Origin: the human T2T-CHM13v2.0 reference genome, Homo sapiens
Length of the DNA stretch: 64,000 bases
Assembly: GCF_009914755.1 (NCBI RefSeq)
Contig: NC_060937.1
Direction: 5' to 3' (one strand)
Position 1 is the first letter of the stretch. Every line of letters begins with the position of its first letter. A program made the translations under genes and the position numbers. The notes below the pieces were generated by a model. It was not told where the DNA came from. It ran no database searches and was given only the letters and a program-made list of their open reading frames with translations. Shown here in pieces: positions 1 to 15,855 of this stretch.

Positions 1-7
1 TGCTTAC

Positions 8-269
8 CTAATCTAAGATAGCAGGCACATTTTGTAGGCCTCATAGCTCTGGGGTACCCAAAATAATTTATCTTCTCATCTTCTTCTGGTACCCACTTAG
101 TTATCAGATTGCATGTTTTTACATAGGTATTTTAATCAATTAATTGTCCAAAATGTCCTTGCTGACAAAAAGAAAATGTCCCTACCATAGGGGAAAAATT
201 CATTAAAAATTTTAAAGGACCGCAGTGCTTTTATAACACGGTTATATAACAGCTTATAAGCTCTTTGGA

Positions 270-325
<56 letters not shown>

Positions 326-600
326 ACCATAACAATGCCAGTGACTAGAATCTATAATCAGCATTGATAATCTCTTAAACTTTTTATTTGTTGTATATTA
401 AATTCATGAAAGAATATTACAGTGGCACTGCATCTCATGATTTTAACATATGAGGCATTCGCTTACATATCTTGCTTTTCAGAATTTCTGATTAAATGTT
501 TTAATTTAAATGGAACATAATATTTAATGTAATATCCAGCCGAAAGTGTCCCTGAAGCTTCAATTGCAAACAATCATAATAAAGAATGTTCTTGTTTAAT
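8..600 (-). pseudogene. Two fossil exons (600-467 and 161-8), KH-like
   Basis: tattttgtag|IKQEHSLL*LFAIEASGTLSAGYYIKYYVPFKLKHLIRNSEKQD|gtaagc, then tctttttgtcag|QGHFGQLID*NTYVKTCNLITKWVPEEDEKINYFGYP...|gtaagc. All four splice sites are canonical. Confidence 0.65.
275..324. repeat. (CA)n(GA)n compound microsatellite
   Basis: Directly visible dinucleotide runs. Confidence 0.98.
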
Positions 601-1319
601 CTACAAAATAAGTACATTTGATTTTAATTACTTGGATAATGACCAAGCAAGTACATCAGGCACATCCCTTCCAAGAGATAATGAAAGACACAGAGGAGCA
701 AACAATATTCCTGCGAACAGACCATCACATTCTGACTCTGAGGATGACTCCACTAATGAAAATCTGTCTTTGCAAATGACTCATCTTCTGAAGACTGTTC
801 TGAAGATGTTGGAAATCAGAATGATGCATGTGAAAATGAAATTAATCAATATGAAGATGGGGAACAGCAGTCTATCACAGAAGGGCTGTTTGATAATAAT
901 GAAATTGAGGAAACAGTCAGTGGTAGAGAAACAAATGAAAGCACAGGAAATGTCAATGATAATAATGAATAAGTAACTATTTCTTGAAATTCAAGAGGAA
1001 GAGTTAACAAACAAAGACAAATCATCATACAGACAAATGACAAAGATGTGAAACTACATTTGCTTTTAAGTTTATTCCAAGTTTCTAAGGATATTAAAAC
1101 ACTAATATGGTAGTAAATGTAATAGGAAGAGAGGTCTAAAATTTTCAGAACTTTGTATCAACTGGGAAGATACAAGAGTGTCCAGTTTGGCTGAAGCAAC
1201 AGAGTGTAAGAGGCAGCAGTGGGAGATAAGACTAGAAAGTTCTACTGGATTTCCAGGAGGCATTTGAAATGTCAGTATGAATCCTCTTCTTTAATTGCCC
1301 TTGCTTGTTTTTAGATTAC

Positions 1320-1677
1320 ATTTGTTCCAAACCCACAGTCCTACCCTAGTACACTTTAGCTTCTCACAACAGTATGAGAGTTCTCACTCTGTCTTCAGCT
1401 TCAGTTCTAAATGCAGTCTTTAAAATGTAGATTTTCAAAATCTCAATTGCATGGTGTTTATCAATTTCATTTCCCTCATAAGTTCTATTATTTGTAACAC
1501 CAATGGAAAATTCACACAACCATGTAATGGTACCTGGAGAAGTTATAGTTTCCCTGCACATCTGAAAGGCAGATGCCTTTGGACTGTTTTGAATGCTGTC
1601 TACAAGATTCTTACATAGTGTATAAATAATCTGTTTTCTATGCCATAAATTCCCTTTTCTCACTACAAAATTCTCCA
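1320..1677 (-). pseudogene. Fossil exon, KH (KHDC4/SF1-type)-like
   Basis: 112-codon open frame in the ORF track (1364-1702): ...TLCKNLVDSIQ...TWLCEFSIGVTNN...*EAKVY*GRTVG. Acceptor ttttgaag, donor gtaatc. Confidence 0.6.
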
Positions 1678-3082
1678 CTTCAAAAGAATCACTTGAAACC
1701 AAGGCTGTTTAGCCTAGTAAGCTATGATTTAACTCAGCCATGCCCTCTAAATCTTAGGTACACTGACCAACAGTTCCTATTTGCTCATACTATCACAATT
1801 GCATATAGCACAGACTTTAGTTTTTTGTTCATTTCTTGTGTTTTTGTTTTTGTTCTCCAAACCTAACACATTACATTTGGATGTCATTTCTTCTTGTCCT
1901 ATGACTTCTTTCCTCAGGCTAGACTTCACTCAACCTAAATCCCAGCATTTAACACGTAACAAGAGTAAAAAAGTGAAGGGAAATTACACTGGATCCCAAT
2001 CAACGTAGGAATTGGGATGGAGAAGAGAGAAAAGCAGTAGATAACTACATTATTGTGTGCAAATATGACTTTAATTCAATTATTTTAATTCAATTTTTAA
2101 AAATACATTGGAGGAGACATTTAAATTAAGAACTGAAACACTGCAATTGGATTTGGCATTTAGATCATTTGTTAGATTTCCTAGGTCATTTCTGTGAAGT
2201 TGTAAAAGCATAAACCAGGTAGCAGTGTGTCCAAGCATGAATGAGAAGTGAAAGAGTAGGGACAGGAAGTACGGCCAGCTCTTTGAAGACATTTCAAGAC
2301 ACAGTAAAGAAGAGAGCTAAAACTGTGATTAGAAGATCAGGTGAGGACTTTCTGCAGAATGAGAAATCATTGAGAGCATATATAAGCTGATGAGAAGAAG
2401 CAAACAGATAAAGAAATATTAAAGATACAAGGGAATGGTGAACCAGATGATGGAACACTTCCTCTGTACCAGTACCTGAAAAGGGTACTGGCTATTTAAG
2501 ATGAATAAGCACTTAGCTGCCTTTAAGAAACTGAGGGGCTAAGAGTCGAGAAAGATGACATCTGTCCAAGGTGTTACAAGAGCATAGAGGGCATTAGCAC
2601 TGTCAAGAAGAGTCCAAAAAGCTTCACAAAGGAAGTTAGACCAGTAGAGGAAAAAGTGAATGAAAATTGTAGGCAAAGAAAATAGTAAGTGAAGGGTACA
2701 GTAGTGTGAATGGATATAATATTTGGGTAATGTATTTAATAGAAAATAATCTATGTGAGTAAATGCTGAAAAAATTGAGTGAAAAGATACATTGGGGCCA
2801 GAGAGTAAAAAATTTGTATGTTGTTTTAAAGAGTTTGAAATCAATCTTACATTCATTTATTCTTGAAACATTCTGAGAAGGGGTACTTTCATGTTCCATT
2901 TTATTTGGCTTTGTGTAGTTTTAATGCTCACTTTGATCATGCAGTACTTACGTAATAAAATAGTTAAAAGAAAAATAAAATTAAAAGCATCTATCAAATT
3001 TCTACCATTTGCCAGGCATTGGGCAAAAAATATAAACAAAATGAAATCTTTACCTTCCAGAAAGAAACAACATGAAAGATAA

Positions 3083-3714
<632 letters not shown>

Positions 3715-4187
3715 CTGGGGCAACATCTAAGTCTTAGAAGTGATCTGTCCGGTATTTTTGGCATGAAACTTTTTAAATGCTTCATTGGTTTTCACCAGTC
3801 ATGTAGTTCTCTGGATTTCCGGCAAATAAAAATTGGAAACCAGTGTTTTTTCAATACATAAATCCTCACTTAATTTGTATAGAAGCTTACATTTTTTCCA
3901 GACATACAAACTTATAAATATTGCCAGAGTTGATATTATTGTGAGATATGCAGAGAATACTCACTTTAACACCAATGCAGTCCTTAACCTTCCCTCTCAC
4001 CTTATTTCTCACAACTCTCATCACAAACCTGTGCTCCAGAAAACTAAACAACTGGATTTTCCCACATACGATTCCTTCCTCTATTTGTTAATGTATACTA
4101 TTTCTTTTGCCTAGGATGCCTTTTACCTATCATCTAATATCCAAAGCCAGTAAATCACTTTTTTCATAAAGTATTTCATTGCTCCTT

Positions 4188-4227
4188 TACACACACACAC
4201 ACAGACACACACACACACACACACACA
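4188..4227. repeat. (CA)n microsatellite
   Basis: Visible. Confidence 0.95.
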
Positions 4228-4317
4228 GATTTCCCACAGGTAAAGGAAAGAAGAAAGAATGAAATGAAATTTTATCCAATACCTCATTATGTGCCTGGCA
4301 CTATGTGTGGTATTTGA

Positions 4318-4712
<395 letters not shown>

Positions 4713-4943
4713 CTTAATCACTTTTAAGAATAAAATCAGTGTCATTTACAGAGCCCAGCATGAGAGCTGGCATATAGTAGACTCTCAATAACTTTTTTTA
4801 ATGAATGAACTTCAAATATCTTTTTAAGGTCTTCTGTATATATTTATATGTAAGCTGGTTCTGAAAGGGAAGAAATCTGATTAGAAATTAATATAATCCT
4901 TTGCCTCTGCTATTATGCTTGATTTCCTGGCTTTCAAACTTAT

Positions 4944-5583
4944 TCCAATGCCAGGCTGCAGGATTGATTTAAAACCCCATTGCCCAAAAAGAAGCAGAGG
5001 GAGCTGGGACGCAATAGCCAAGGTTCCTTTTCCTTGTAAAGATATTTAGGGATTTTATCTGTTACTCGTATCTCAAGAACATGATTACTTAACTCTCATA
5101 AAGTAAGACACACCGTACCAATGACATATCAGAAGACATGGGTAAAATTGTGGGAGGAAGCCCAGGGAAACAGTCAAACAGCTTTAGGCTTCACGGGACA
5201 CTAACTAATCATTTTGGCCAGAAAGCCCCTCTCCCCATGGAGCATAATGTCTTCCAAGGAAGATTTGGATGAAACATTTCACCAGATGGATCCAGTACCT
5301 ACATTAAGACTCTGCCACCCACACCCTTATGTATTCATTTATTTCTCCATGAAATATTTGAGAGTGTGTTGAAGTAGCAGAGCCTGTACTAACAGTGGAC
5401 TAAAGAATATGTTGTACGACAACTCGCCTCCAATTTTCATAGCTGAGTGTAAACGAAAATGGAGGCTCCTAATTAACGTTATGTCATCAAATAAACATCA
5501 AGCAATTTGCAGTGATTTAGATTTCACTTTTACTCTTTTTGACCAATGAACTAGGGTGGCAGGATGGCATTGGCACACTAATC
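4944..5583 (-). pseudogene. Three fossil exons (5583-5428, 5298-5119, 5032-4944), KH-like
   Basis: 156-bp and 180-bp phase 1-1 exons, introns of 129 and 86 bp. Joined: GLVCQCHPATLVHWSKRVKVKSKSLQIA*CLFDDITLIRSLHFRLHSAMKIGGTGSIW*NVSSKSSLEDIMLHGERGFLAKMIS*CPVKPKAV*LFPWASSHNFTHVF*YVIGKGTLAIASQ. Donors gcgagt (mutated), gtacgg and ataagt (mutated). Confidence 0.8.
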
Positions 5584-5769
5584 CTGCAAAAACTCAGGGC
5601 CTGTTTTGCACTGAGTTACTCACATTTAGAGAAGTAGACATCTGCTTGACCTCAAAACCACATGGCCAAAAAAAAATCTTTAAAGTACACATTGCCTTTA
5701 GTCATTGTAGTGTAGTTAAATTGTAAGTTACATAATAAGTACTGCTATTTTATAGATGCCCAAAAGACA

Positions 5770-5900
5770 TGTATTATTTTCCCATTGCAGAGATGAGGAA
5801 AGTGAGGCTTAGAGAAGTTGTTACCCAAAGTTATTTGTCTTTTAGTGGGCAGAATTAATATTCAAATCCAGGTCTTCTATATCAAGAGCCCAGGCTCCTT
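5770..5900 (-). mobile_element. MIR
   Basis: cagagatgaggaaagtgaggcttagagaag core, reversed. Confidence 0.75.
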
Positions 5901-6344
5901 CCAGAGCTACACTTCAGCTTATAGCACACTGCTTCATCATAGGTTTTGTTTAGAAGTCACATACATATATAAATATTCAAGAAACAGGTTGGACTTATAA
6001 AGAAGACATACATTTTTTAAAAAGATTTCAAAAACTTAAACTTCTGCTAAGAACATACTGTGATAAAAGAACTCAGGCAAAAAATATTAGTTTTTTTAAC
6101 CTTAAAAATTAATAAATGTCAGCTTTGTTTTCAGGTATTTATAGCAAAGGTTAAAATAAATGTTGATAAATTAAGACTATTAACACAGACTGGTAATAGC
6201 CTAGATAGCAATTCAGTGACATTACCATCTTACACTTTAATGAAATAAAAACTTGAATTGATTGTGTAAGGAAAGACTCTCTTGTTTATTCCAATCTTAA
6301 TATTATGGTTGATAATTTCACCAGCAGTCCTGATGAAAATATAC

Positions 6345-7154
6345 CTGATATAACAACACCACAGGAAACTAATGATTGTCATGAATCTGCTTGTCGCTGA
6401 AGTACAAAGATACAGACTCATCAATCTTTTAAAAATTACTGAAAGCAAACAAGTGATCAGGACAAACAAATTATTATGTTATCATTGTTTCTATGTCTTC
6501 CACTTTATTTTTATTACCTTATTTCCTGGGGAAAGTGGCCAAAATATCTTTCAAATATTTGTATTTAATTTTAACCTTTACTATCTTGACTCCACAGAAG
6601 ATTTTAAAGACTAAATTTCAGAAAATTTTGTCTAATTGTCATTGTGAAATAGCTCTTTAATCTTTTCTTTTCCTCTTCATCAAAAGATAATCAGTAGTCA
6701 CCTGATAAATAATACCAGTATTCATTTCTTAACGCAATGTTTTGCCTATTTTTAGGACTTCACAACTTGATTGTAAATTATTATTCAAATTGAAAAGTAG
6801 GCATACATGGCCATGTTTTTTTAAATACATTTTGTTTTAGAAGTGTGTCTAAAGCTCAAGATATATTTTGTTATTTATTTTATTACTTTACTTTGGTATT
6901 CCATAAATGAAATAAAACTCCAGTAAATTATCCAGAAAGTTCTATTGTTCCCATCACCTCTGAAGAAAACAAAACTAAACAAAATCAAACAAAAACATCT
7001 TACTGAAAGATAGTTGCAGGCATTTAGCTAACTGCCTCTATTGTAAACTTTTCTTTTTAATTAATGCATAATCCAAATATAACCAATTTGTCATCAGCAG
7101 AAACTAAATCTATGCATGTTGCATTCAGATAAATAGGAGAGGCATGTCATCAAG
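6345..7154 (-). pseudogene. Two fossil exons (7154-7004 and 6438-6345)
   Basis: ...YLNATCIDLVSADDKLVIFGLCIN*KEKFTIEAVS*MPATIF|gtaag joins in phase to gctttcag|HNF*KIDESVSLYFSDKQIH...SLVSCGVVISG|gtatat. Confidence 0.7.
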
Positions 7155-7424
7155 CTATTTTTAAATGAAAATCAGAATATTTTTTATTTTATTACAATAT
7201 TTATCCTTGTTTTTATAGAAGTCAACATTTTCATAATCTTAGACATGATCATGTTTCCTATCCTCATGGGATAGAAAGCATTGAAATATACAGTCTTCTC
7301 TAGTTCATTCAACCTCGATCACACTGGAACTAACAAGACTTCATAAGTAGAGTTACATAAAACATAGCATGACAGCAGTCATGAGTACAGATCTGGAGGT
7401 AGGAGACATAGACTCCTCCCAATA

Positions 7425-7670
7425 TGATATGGCATTTTAGCATTTGGCTTCTAGTGTCAAATAAACAGGTTTGAAATCCAGTCATGGTAGTTAATAGCCA
7501 AGTAACGTTAAGTCACTTAACCTCTTTGCCCCTCGGCTTCCTGGTCTGTACAATGGGAATAGTAAGAGCATCAATCTCAAAGTCCTGCTTTGAAGATTAA
7601 AGGAGATAAGATGTGTTAGTGATTAGTCCAGGGCTTGGCACATATGAAGCACCCAATACACATTAGTATT
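7425..7670 (+). mobile_element. MIR
   Basis: cacttaacctctttgcccctcggcttcctggtctgtacaatggg core and 3' tail. Confidence 0.8.
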
Positions 7671-7681
7671 GTCGTTTCTAA

Positions 7682-8057
<376 letters not shown>

Positions 8058-9836
8058 TAGAGCCATAAGCATTTCCCTAATCTTAGTGAACCTACATAAA
8101 CAGGACAGTTAAAATTCTGGTTAATTGCAAAACTCAGGAAAGGATTCTAAATTAGTGACTTTTGCAGGATTATTGATAGCCATAATGTTGCTCAAGAATT
8201 TGAGCCAAAAATTTAGTATTCTTATTTTGACCTGCAGTTGGATCCTTACTCATTCCCACTACTAGTCAGTTGCCATTTGTCTCTCATTTTAAAATTTGTT
8301 GTTTGGTTGTTTTTCCTTGATCAATCCAATGTTCATTTTTGGTATGTGAGATCCTTAATACTTACCTCACTAATTCTCAATCTCAGGGCTGTGAGACCCT
8401 GGGAGACTATTAGGTCTCATAAGAGAGTAGAAATTCCATACGCCCACCCATGGTATTGTTCTTTAACTAAATATTATGTCTTCATATATAGGCACTATTT
8501 TTCAAATGTACATAGATGCTGCTTTGCTTGATGATGTATACTAGTCCCTCTCTTGACGACAAACTGGTCATGAATTCCTAAGAGTTTTAACTTTAGGAAT
8601 GTCTCCTATTCTTCTGAACTTAACATGCATAGATTTAGTTTCTGCTCATGACAGATTGGTTATATTTGGATTATGCATTAATAAAAAAGAAAAGTTTACA
8701 ATAGAGGCAGTTAGCTAAATACCTGCAACTATCTTTCAGTAAGGTATTTTTGTTTAATTTTGTTTAGTTTTGTTTTCTTCAGAGACATTAACTTTAAAGA
8801 CATTAGAGTAATGTCTCTAGAATCTTTCCTCAGCTTTCCATTCACACTGGCGCTGCCCTGAACCAGACCCTCACGTCCAAACTATACTTTTCCAGTATTC
8901 TTCTAACTGGTTCTCCAGACCTCAATATGGCTCAACTCTGGTGTGTTCCACATTGTCACTTGGTTCATGATCTGTAGCCTCAGTTCCTCCTCTCAAAAAT
9001 GAATTATAAATCTAGTCACTCACAAGATCATTGGGAGGATGTAATGAATGGATTGTGAAAGTGTTTTATATAAAAATCTCTGAAAATATTAATTATTGTT
9101 AAGAGCAATTCTGATGTTAGCCAGGAGTGATTTATTTATTCAACGAAAATGTATCAATGCTTATTAGATATGTACAAAATGGTACACAAAGTGCTAGTGA
9201 CAAAAATATCAATGAAACACAGTCCCTAGCCTTGAAGAAGCACAAAATCAATGTAGTGGAAACCCTTTATAGTGTATGTCCATCCCAGGCACTGGTTTTC
9301 CCTGCCCTGAGAACTGTTACTCATTCACAGTGTGGTCCTGTACAGACAGATAGGGATTATGTGTCTCCATTCCCCTGGACAAAGTGGACTGGACTGGGAT
9401 AGACATCTGAAATCTGATTGACCCACAAGCTGTGCTTTCTCTAGAGAATCTGAAACTGAGATTCTTAGACAGCCAATTAGTCACTGTCAGTGGTTAGAAC
9501 TGCAAATCCTATAAATTTTGAGTTGTCATGTCTTGGGACAGGGAAGCCAAGAGGCTTCTCAGCAGAACAAGAAGAATCAATCTAACAAGAAAAAAGATAC
9601 CTGGGTTTCTGGAGATTTTTTATTACTTAGTTTGAAAGGCAGGTGGGATGCTACTATAATAAAGGCATATAGAACAAGCTTTGGAAGCCCAGAGATGGCT
9701 GCCAGTAACTGATTTTAGGATTGTTTTACAGAGGAGATGAGATTTGAGTTGGTATCTATTGCCATATCTTCTAGATCATCTGATCTGCTCACCAACAGAG
9801 CCTTTCTCCAGCTCCCATGCTTCATTCGTGCCCCAC

Positions 9837-10215
9837 TGTATTAGTCTGTTTTCATACTGCTATAAAGAACTGCCCAAGACGGGGTAATTTATAAAGGAAA
9901 GAGGTTTAATTGACTCACAGTTCAGCATGGCTGGGGAGACCTCAGGAAACTTACAATCATAGCAGAAGACAAAGGGGAAGCAAAGCACCTTCTTCACAAG
10001 GCAGCAGGAGGGAGAAGTGCCAAGCAAAGGGAAAAGAACCCCTTTTTAAACCATCTGATCTCATGAAAACTCACTCACTATCACGAGAACAGTGTGGGGG
10101 AAGCTGCCTCCATGATTCAATTACCCCCACCTGTTCTCTCCCTTGACACACGAGGATTATGGCGATTACAATTCAAGATGAGATTTGGACTGGGACACAA
10201 AGCTCAACCATCTCA
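9837..10215 (-). mobile_element. THE1 (THE1C/D-like) solo LTR
   Basis: tgtattagtctgttttcatactgctataaag...aaccatctca; 5-bp TSD cccac. Confidence 0.92.
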
Positions 10216-11403
10216 CCCACCCTCTTGAAATGGATTAGTTCCAAGCCCTGGCTCTAGCATGCATTGTCACAACCTACTTAACTGGACCATATCAATTTGA
10301 ACTCCAATATGCAACACTGTCAAAGGACTTTTGACAAGCAAGAGGACTAGGTCACCAGTTCTGTTTTAATTACTTGCCCAAGATCATACAGTCTTTAAGA
10401 GGTTTTGAATCCAAGTATTCTGATTCCAAATATACTTTTCCTGCCATTCTGGGGTACTGCAGAGCTCCTGTGAGGAGGTCAAGTGGCTATGGAGACACAG
10501 ATTGAAGAATCTTGCAGAGCCCCATTGTCTACAGACTCAAGTCCAAATGCTTTGGCATGGTGTTTAAAATCCTCCACAATCTGGTTTCAATCGGTCATTC
10601 CCATCTATCCCCACACATGTCCACCACATCAGACTTTGGACAGCTTCTAAACTTGCCACCCATTTTCATGCCTGCCTTCATATTACTCTCTGAGAGCATG
10701 GCCTTTAACCCATTTCATGTATCTGCCAAGCCTTTTCCATCTACACACAGGCCTATTTCATTAGTCTCTCCTCTGCTGACTTTGCACTTTAGTCATTCTT
10801 CTAAAATAGTAGTTAACCACAAGTTCTCACTCCCCGTTATATTGGGAACCTGTGCCAAATAAGCATCTCTCCAGAATCACAGTCAAACACATCTACCCAG
10901 GAAACAGGTAAAAGCAGAGACAGCCTTATAGAGAAAGAAAGTGGGTGTGATCTGAGGTGTTCCTAAAGCCCATGCCAGCAGCAAAATATTTTTCCCATTC
11001 AAGTAGCACAGTGCCTGAAATCACACTATTAGGGATTTATTTCTTTGGGTCTAGCATTACTTGGTCTTCAATTAATATGAAAATGTTTAAATAACCTAAA
11101 TGTACATTAATTTAGAATACATTTCCTCTGTGACAAAAGGAGCTAAGCCATAGATGGAGCAGGTGCATAAGAAATGAAGTATAGAAAAGAGAGGAAAGGT
11201 CAAAGAAAGGGGATATTCAGATAGCAAAATAAAAATATACACTTGGCAGGGCTTAAGAATCATGCATTTAATTAATTAGAAAAGCAGCAACGGACATCAC
11301 TATCACTGCTATCATGAGGATTTCATTTCCTTCTCTCAAAGAATTTGCTGCAATTGAAGGTTGAAACGTCATTTCAATTGATTTTTAATGCATGACAACT
11401 TAC

Positions 11404-13865
11404 ATTTCCTTTTGCCATCTTGCTGCTGCAATTGAGAAGGCACTGGCAATAGCATTAATAGATGAGAAAGTCCAATATACCCATTTTGTAAAAATAATTT
11501 GATAATGTAGTAGAAGTCAATTCAGTTTTTGGTCAGTTAGCACAAGAGATGCTAAATACCCATCACTTAGTTCTTCATGCTTACAAACAGCCTGAGGTTC
11601 TTTTTTATAGTGGCAATATGAAATGTGATAAAGCCTATGAGATCAAGGATAGAAAGAAGCTCAACCCCATTTTTGCTTTGCCATTAACCTGGTATAAAAT
11701 ATCAATCACATTGTTTAATCTGTATGTAGGTTTCTTCATCTGCAAAATTGGGGTAATAGCCCTGTTCCCTTCAAACAGCAGAAAGTGAGACATAGCTAGT
11801 TCAGTGTTTTAACACACAGAAACTGACCAATTTTATGATAAACAAGGTGAGTAAGATACATTCTTGGTCACAGAATGGCCTCATGACAAAAACTGTTTTA
11901 TAAACAAATATGCATAATCTTTAATTTTCTAAAAGAAGGCATATCAAAAACAGTTTTAAAAGCAAATACTGGCAAGCCTCCAGCGTGCGTGGGTCTGTGG
12001 TGATGTGTGCATTCCTACACTGCTTGCCAGAACAGTATTGAAATAGTGGAGCGTTTGTCCTGCTCCATCCAGAGCAAGGTTATAGAAATTTCAGACAATT
12101 GCTTGAAAAAAATGAAAAAAAAGAAAAGAAAAAGAAAAGAAAACACACTTCATGACTTCACATATAAAATAAAGATTTGTTTTCATTTTATCTTTTCTTC
12201 TGGAATCAATGCTGGTTTTTTGTTTGGGTTTGATTTGTTTTCTTTAGTCTTTTCTTTTCTTTTTTAGAGACAGGGTCTGTTGCCCAGGCTGGTCTGCATT
12301 GATGCCATCATGGCTCATGGTAGCCTCGAATTCCTGGGCTCAAGCAATCCTCCTACCTCAGCCTCCCAAGTAGCTGGGACTACAGGCATGCAGTACCATT
12401 CCCAGCTAATGTTTTTTGTTTTTTCAATGGAGACAGGGTCTTTTGCTTGTTGCCCAGGCTGGCCCTGAACTCCTGGTCTCAAGCAATCTTCCTGTCTCAG
12501 CCTCAGTTTCAGGTTTTAACAGTTTCAGTTAACAGTATACCAGTAGCAAATTTGTTTCTAGGAACATAAAGATCTGGCCTCATTACAGCAACAATAATAA
12601 TAACATCAGGAAACAAAACATGTACTTTTCTGGCATGACTCCATTTAATTCACACAGTTAGTTTTACAGGTAAGGAAATGGGGAGTTAAAGAGTTTAAAT
12701 AACTTGGTCACAGTCACACAGTCAGTGGAATCACAAAACTCAAAGCTACACTAAAGCCTCACTATGTCCAGCTTGGCCACAGTGTTTCTGCCATTGGTGG
12801 ACTTTCCTTCTGGTCTAGGCTGTTAGAGAACACACATCTCAGCTAGACTCATCATAGCAACTAAGATGCAGGCACCAGAGTACATAATACCAGGCCAACC
12901 TGCCTTCCACACCATGTTTTGTGGTGTTCAATTCCTAAGCTGACTATTGGGTCACATTATGAGCATTTTCCTCCAGAAACTACAGTTCTTCATTTTCGGG
13001 CACTATTCTTTTGGGATCTATTTCCAGCCTTTGTATTGTAAAAGAATACCCCACTGCAGGCTGTGTGCAAAGGGAACTGTAAAATACATGATTACAGGTC
13101 TGAATATCAAACAAACTCCATGTGAAATACACTTTAAAGGAAAAATATGCACATATTAACCACCTATACAGAATTACAACCTTCTTCTCTTACAATGTTG
13201 GCTATTATAATTGACCAACTATATTGCAACAGTATTTAAATACTGTAACATTCCAAGAACAATCCCTTTTCTCTATTAGGTCCCTCTAATTTTTTGTTTC
13301 TGCCAGCGCATTCCATGTCAGTTAACGACTATACTCTCTACATAATTCTAAAATATTGAACTGTATGCTAAATAAGTAAAATATTTTAAGATAATGTCTT
13401 GAGGGAATAGTATTTCATATTATAATTCAATATGCCCTAAGGTAATTATTCAGATATCAATATGCAAAATAGCAGTATGCTGTAGCGCCCTATATTTCTT
13501 TTTATTTTGCTTCTTTGTAGCAAGCAATAAATTTAAAGATACAAAAAAAATTAAAGGAAAAGTTTGCAGTCGATTTTATTAACAAGATTGTTTGCCTAGG
13601 GAGAGAGAAATTTCACTTGGTCCTTTCCTAATTATTCATGTAAATTAAATTCTACAAGTGAAGAAAATTCATAAAAGTCATACTTACTCATCTGAGAGGG
13701 AGATATGGCATATGAATGGGGCCTATAACCTCGGAAGGTGAAATGTAGAAAATATCACAAGCAACTCCCACATTAAGTTAAGTGAACCAAAAAAAAGGGA
13801 GATTCTTGGTGTGAAGGAGACTTCAAGGATATCCTCCCTAATCGCCTCTTAATAGTCTCAAATCT
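11404..13865 (-). pseudogene. Five fossil exons (13865-13688, 13347-13244, 13076-12956, 12101-11970, 11485-11404); domain unassigned
   Basis: EAIREDILEVSFTPRISL...NVGVACDIFYISPSEVIGPIHMPYLPLR; ELCREYSR*LTWNALAE.../KGIVLGMLH|SLCTQPAVGYSFTIQRLEIDPKRIVPENEEL*FLEENAHN; IV*NFYNLALDGAGQTLHYFNTVL; WVYWTFSSINAIASAFSIAAARWQKE. Mostly canonical acceptors; gtaagt donors at 13687 and 11403. Confidence 0.75.
12250..12504 (-). mobile_element. AluJ, partial
   Basis: Diverged reverse Alu. Confidence 0.9.
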
Positions 13866-14371
13866 CTGACACAGGACACAAATCAAGAATTCAGAGAACA
13901 TGGAATTACTAGTCACTTACATTTGATATCAAATGTAAGCACTACTAGACACATTTTAAATTTTTAAAACCTTTTAAATATAAGGTTTGAAAAGAAAGCA
14001 CAAATTGTAACTTAAATTTTTAAGACATCTGTATGTGGTACATGCCAGAAAAAGTTAACTACACATTCTTGTATCTTTTCTGAAATTCTCACTGTTTTTT
14101 CCTCCTAAGCCTATGTTAGGATGAAATTAAACAAACTACTACAGACTTGTATGCTAACACTCAATATTCAAAGTGAACCCAAATCATTCAACAAATATTT
14201 ATTTAATGCCTTTTGTGTGCAAGGCATTGTAGTAGAGAACACAATAGACTTTCTCATTTAGATATAAACAGTTTAATCTTTTCAGAAAGGACCTAATCAT
14301 TAAATGGAAAGTATGTCCACTATTCATGAGAATCTCAGTTTGCATCTTTTCAGGATAAAGTTAAAAACTGT

Positions 14372-14836
<465 letters not shown>

Positions 14837-14999
14837 CTATCCCAGGACAGATGTATGAGAGGTAGCTGGAGGTATTTGACAAGAATTTTAGATCTCTAAC
14901 AGATTGTCTTAAGATAGATAGTGAGAAAGAAAGTACAGAGGTACTTACAGCTAAAAGACCGCCATTGACTCTGACTAGAAGGACAGGACTGGTAGCTTT

Positions 15000-15855
15000 A
15001 AGAACAGATCATCCAAGAAGATATACAAATGTCCAATATGCACATGAAAAGATGCTCATCAGTAATTAATAGGGAAATGCAAATTAAAACCACAATGAGA
15101 TACCACTTTGTACTCATTAGGATGGCCTTTAGAAATATATATATATATATATACATATGTATATATAAAATTAAAAAAAAACAAAAACACAAAACAACAA
15201 GTGTAATGGCAAGGATATGGAGAAATTGGAACCCCGTGCAATGCTGGTGGAAATGCAAAATGGTACATCTGCTGTGGAAAACAGTTTGGTGGTGGTTAAT
15301 CAAAAAGTTAAACATTAAAAATAAATAAATAAATAAAAATTAAAATTAAAAAGTTAAACATATAATTATCATATAAATCCAGCAATTCCACTACAAGGTA
15401 AATACCCAAAAGCATTGAAAACAGGGACTTGAAAGATATGTGTACACCAATGTTCATAGCAGCATTATTCACAATAGCAAAAAGGTAGAAAGTACCTGAC
15501 AGATAAATGGATAAATAAAAGGTGATGTATACACACAATGCAATATTAGTCAGCCACAAAAATGGAATGGAATTCTGATACATGTTAAGACATGAATGAA
15601 CTCTCCAGGCCTTGTGCTTAGTGAAGTAAACAAGATACAAAATGACAAATATTGTATAATTCCACTTATATGAGGTATTTAAAATAGGCAAATTCATAGA
15701 GACAGAAAGAATAGAGGTTGACAGTTGTGGGGAGAGTGGAATGGGAATGATTTTTTAATGAGGACAGAAATTTTTTTTCTGTTTGCTGTGACAAAAAAAT
15801 TTCTGGAAATGGATAGTGGTGATGGTTGCACAACACTGTGAATGGGCTTAATACC
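15000..15855 (+). mobile_element. L1M (L1MB/MC-type) 3' fragment
   Basis: ORF2 C-terminal remnant ([12 protein letters not shown]) plus an L1M 3' UTR. Confidence 0.9.

Noticed and set aside
6305-6470. Plus-strand peptide MVDNFTSSPDENIPD...
   Set aside because: Overlaps a minus-strand exon with canonical splice sites that is in phase with its neighbours.
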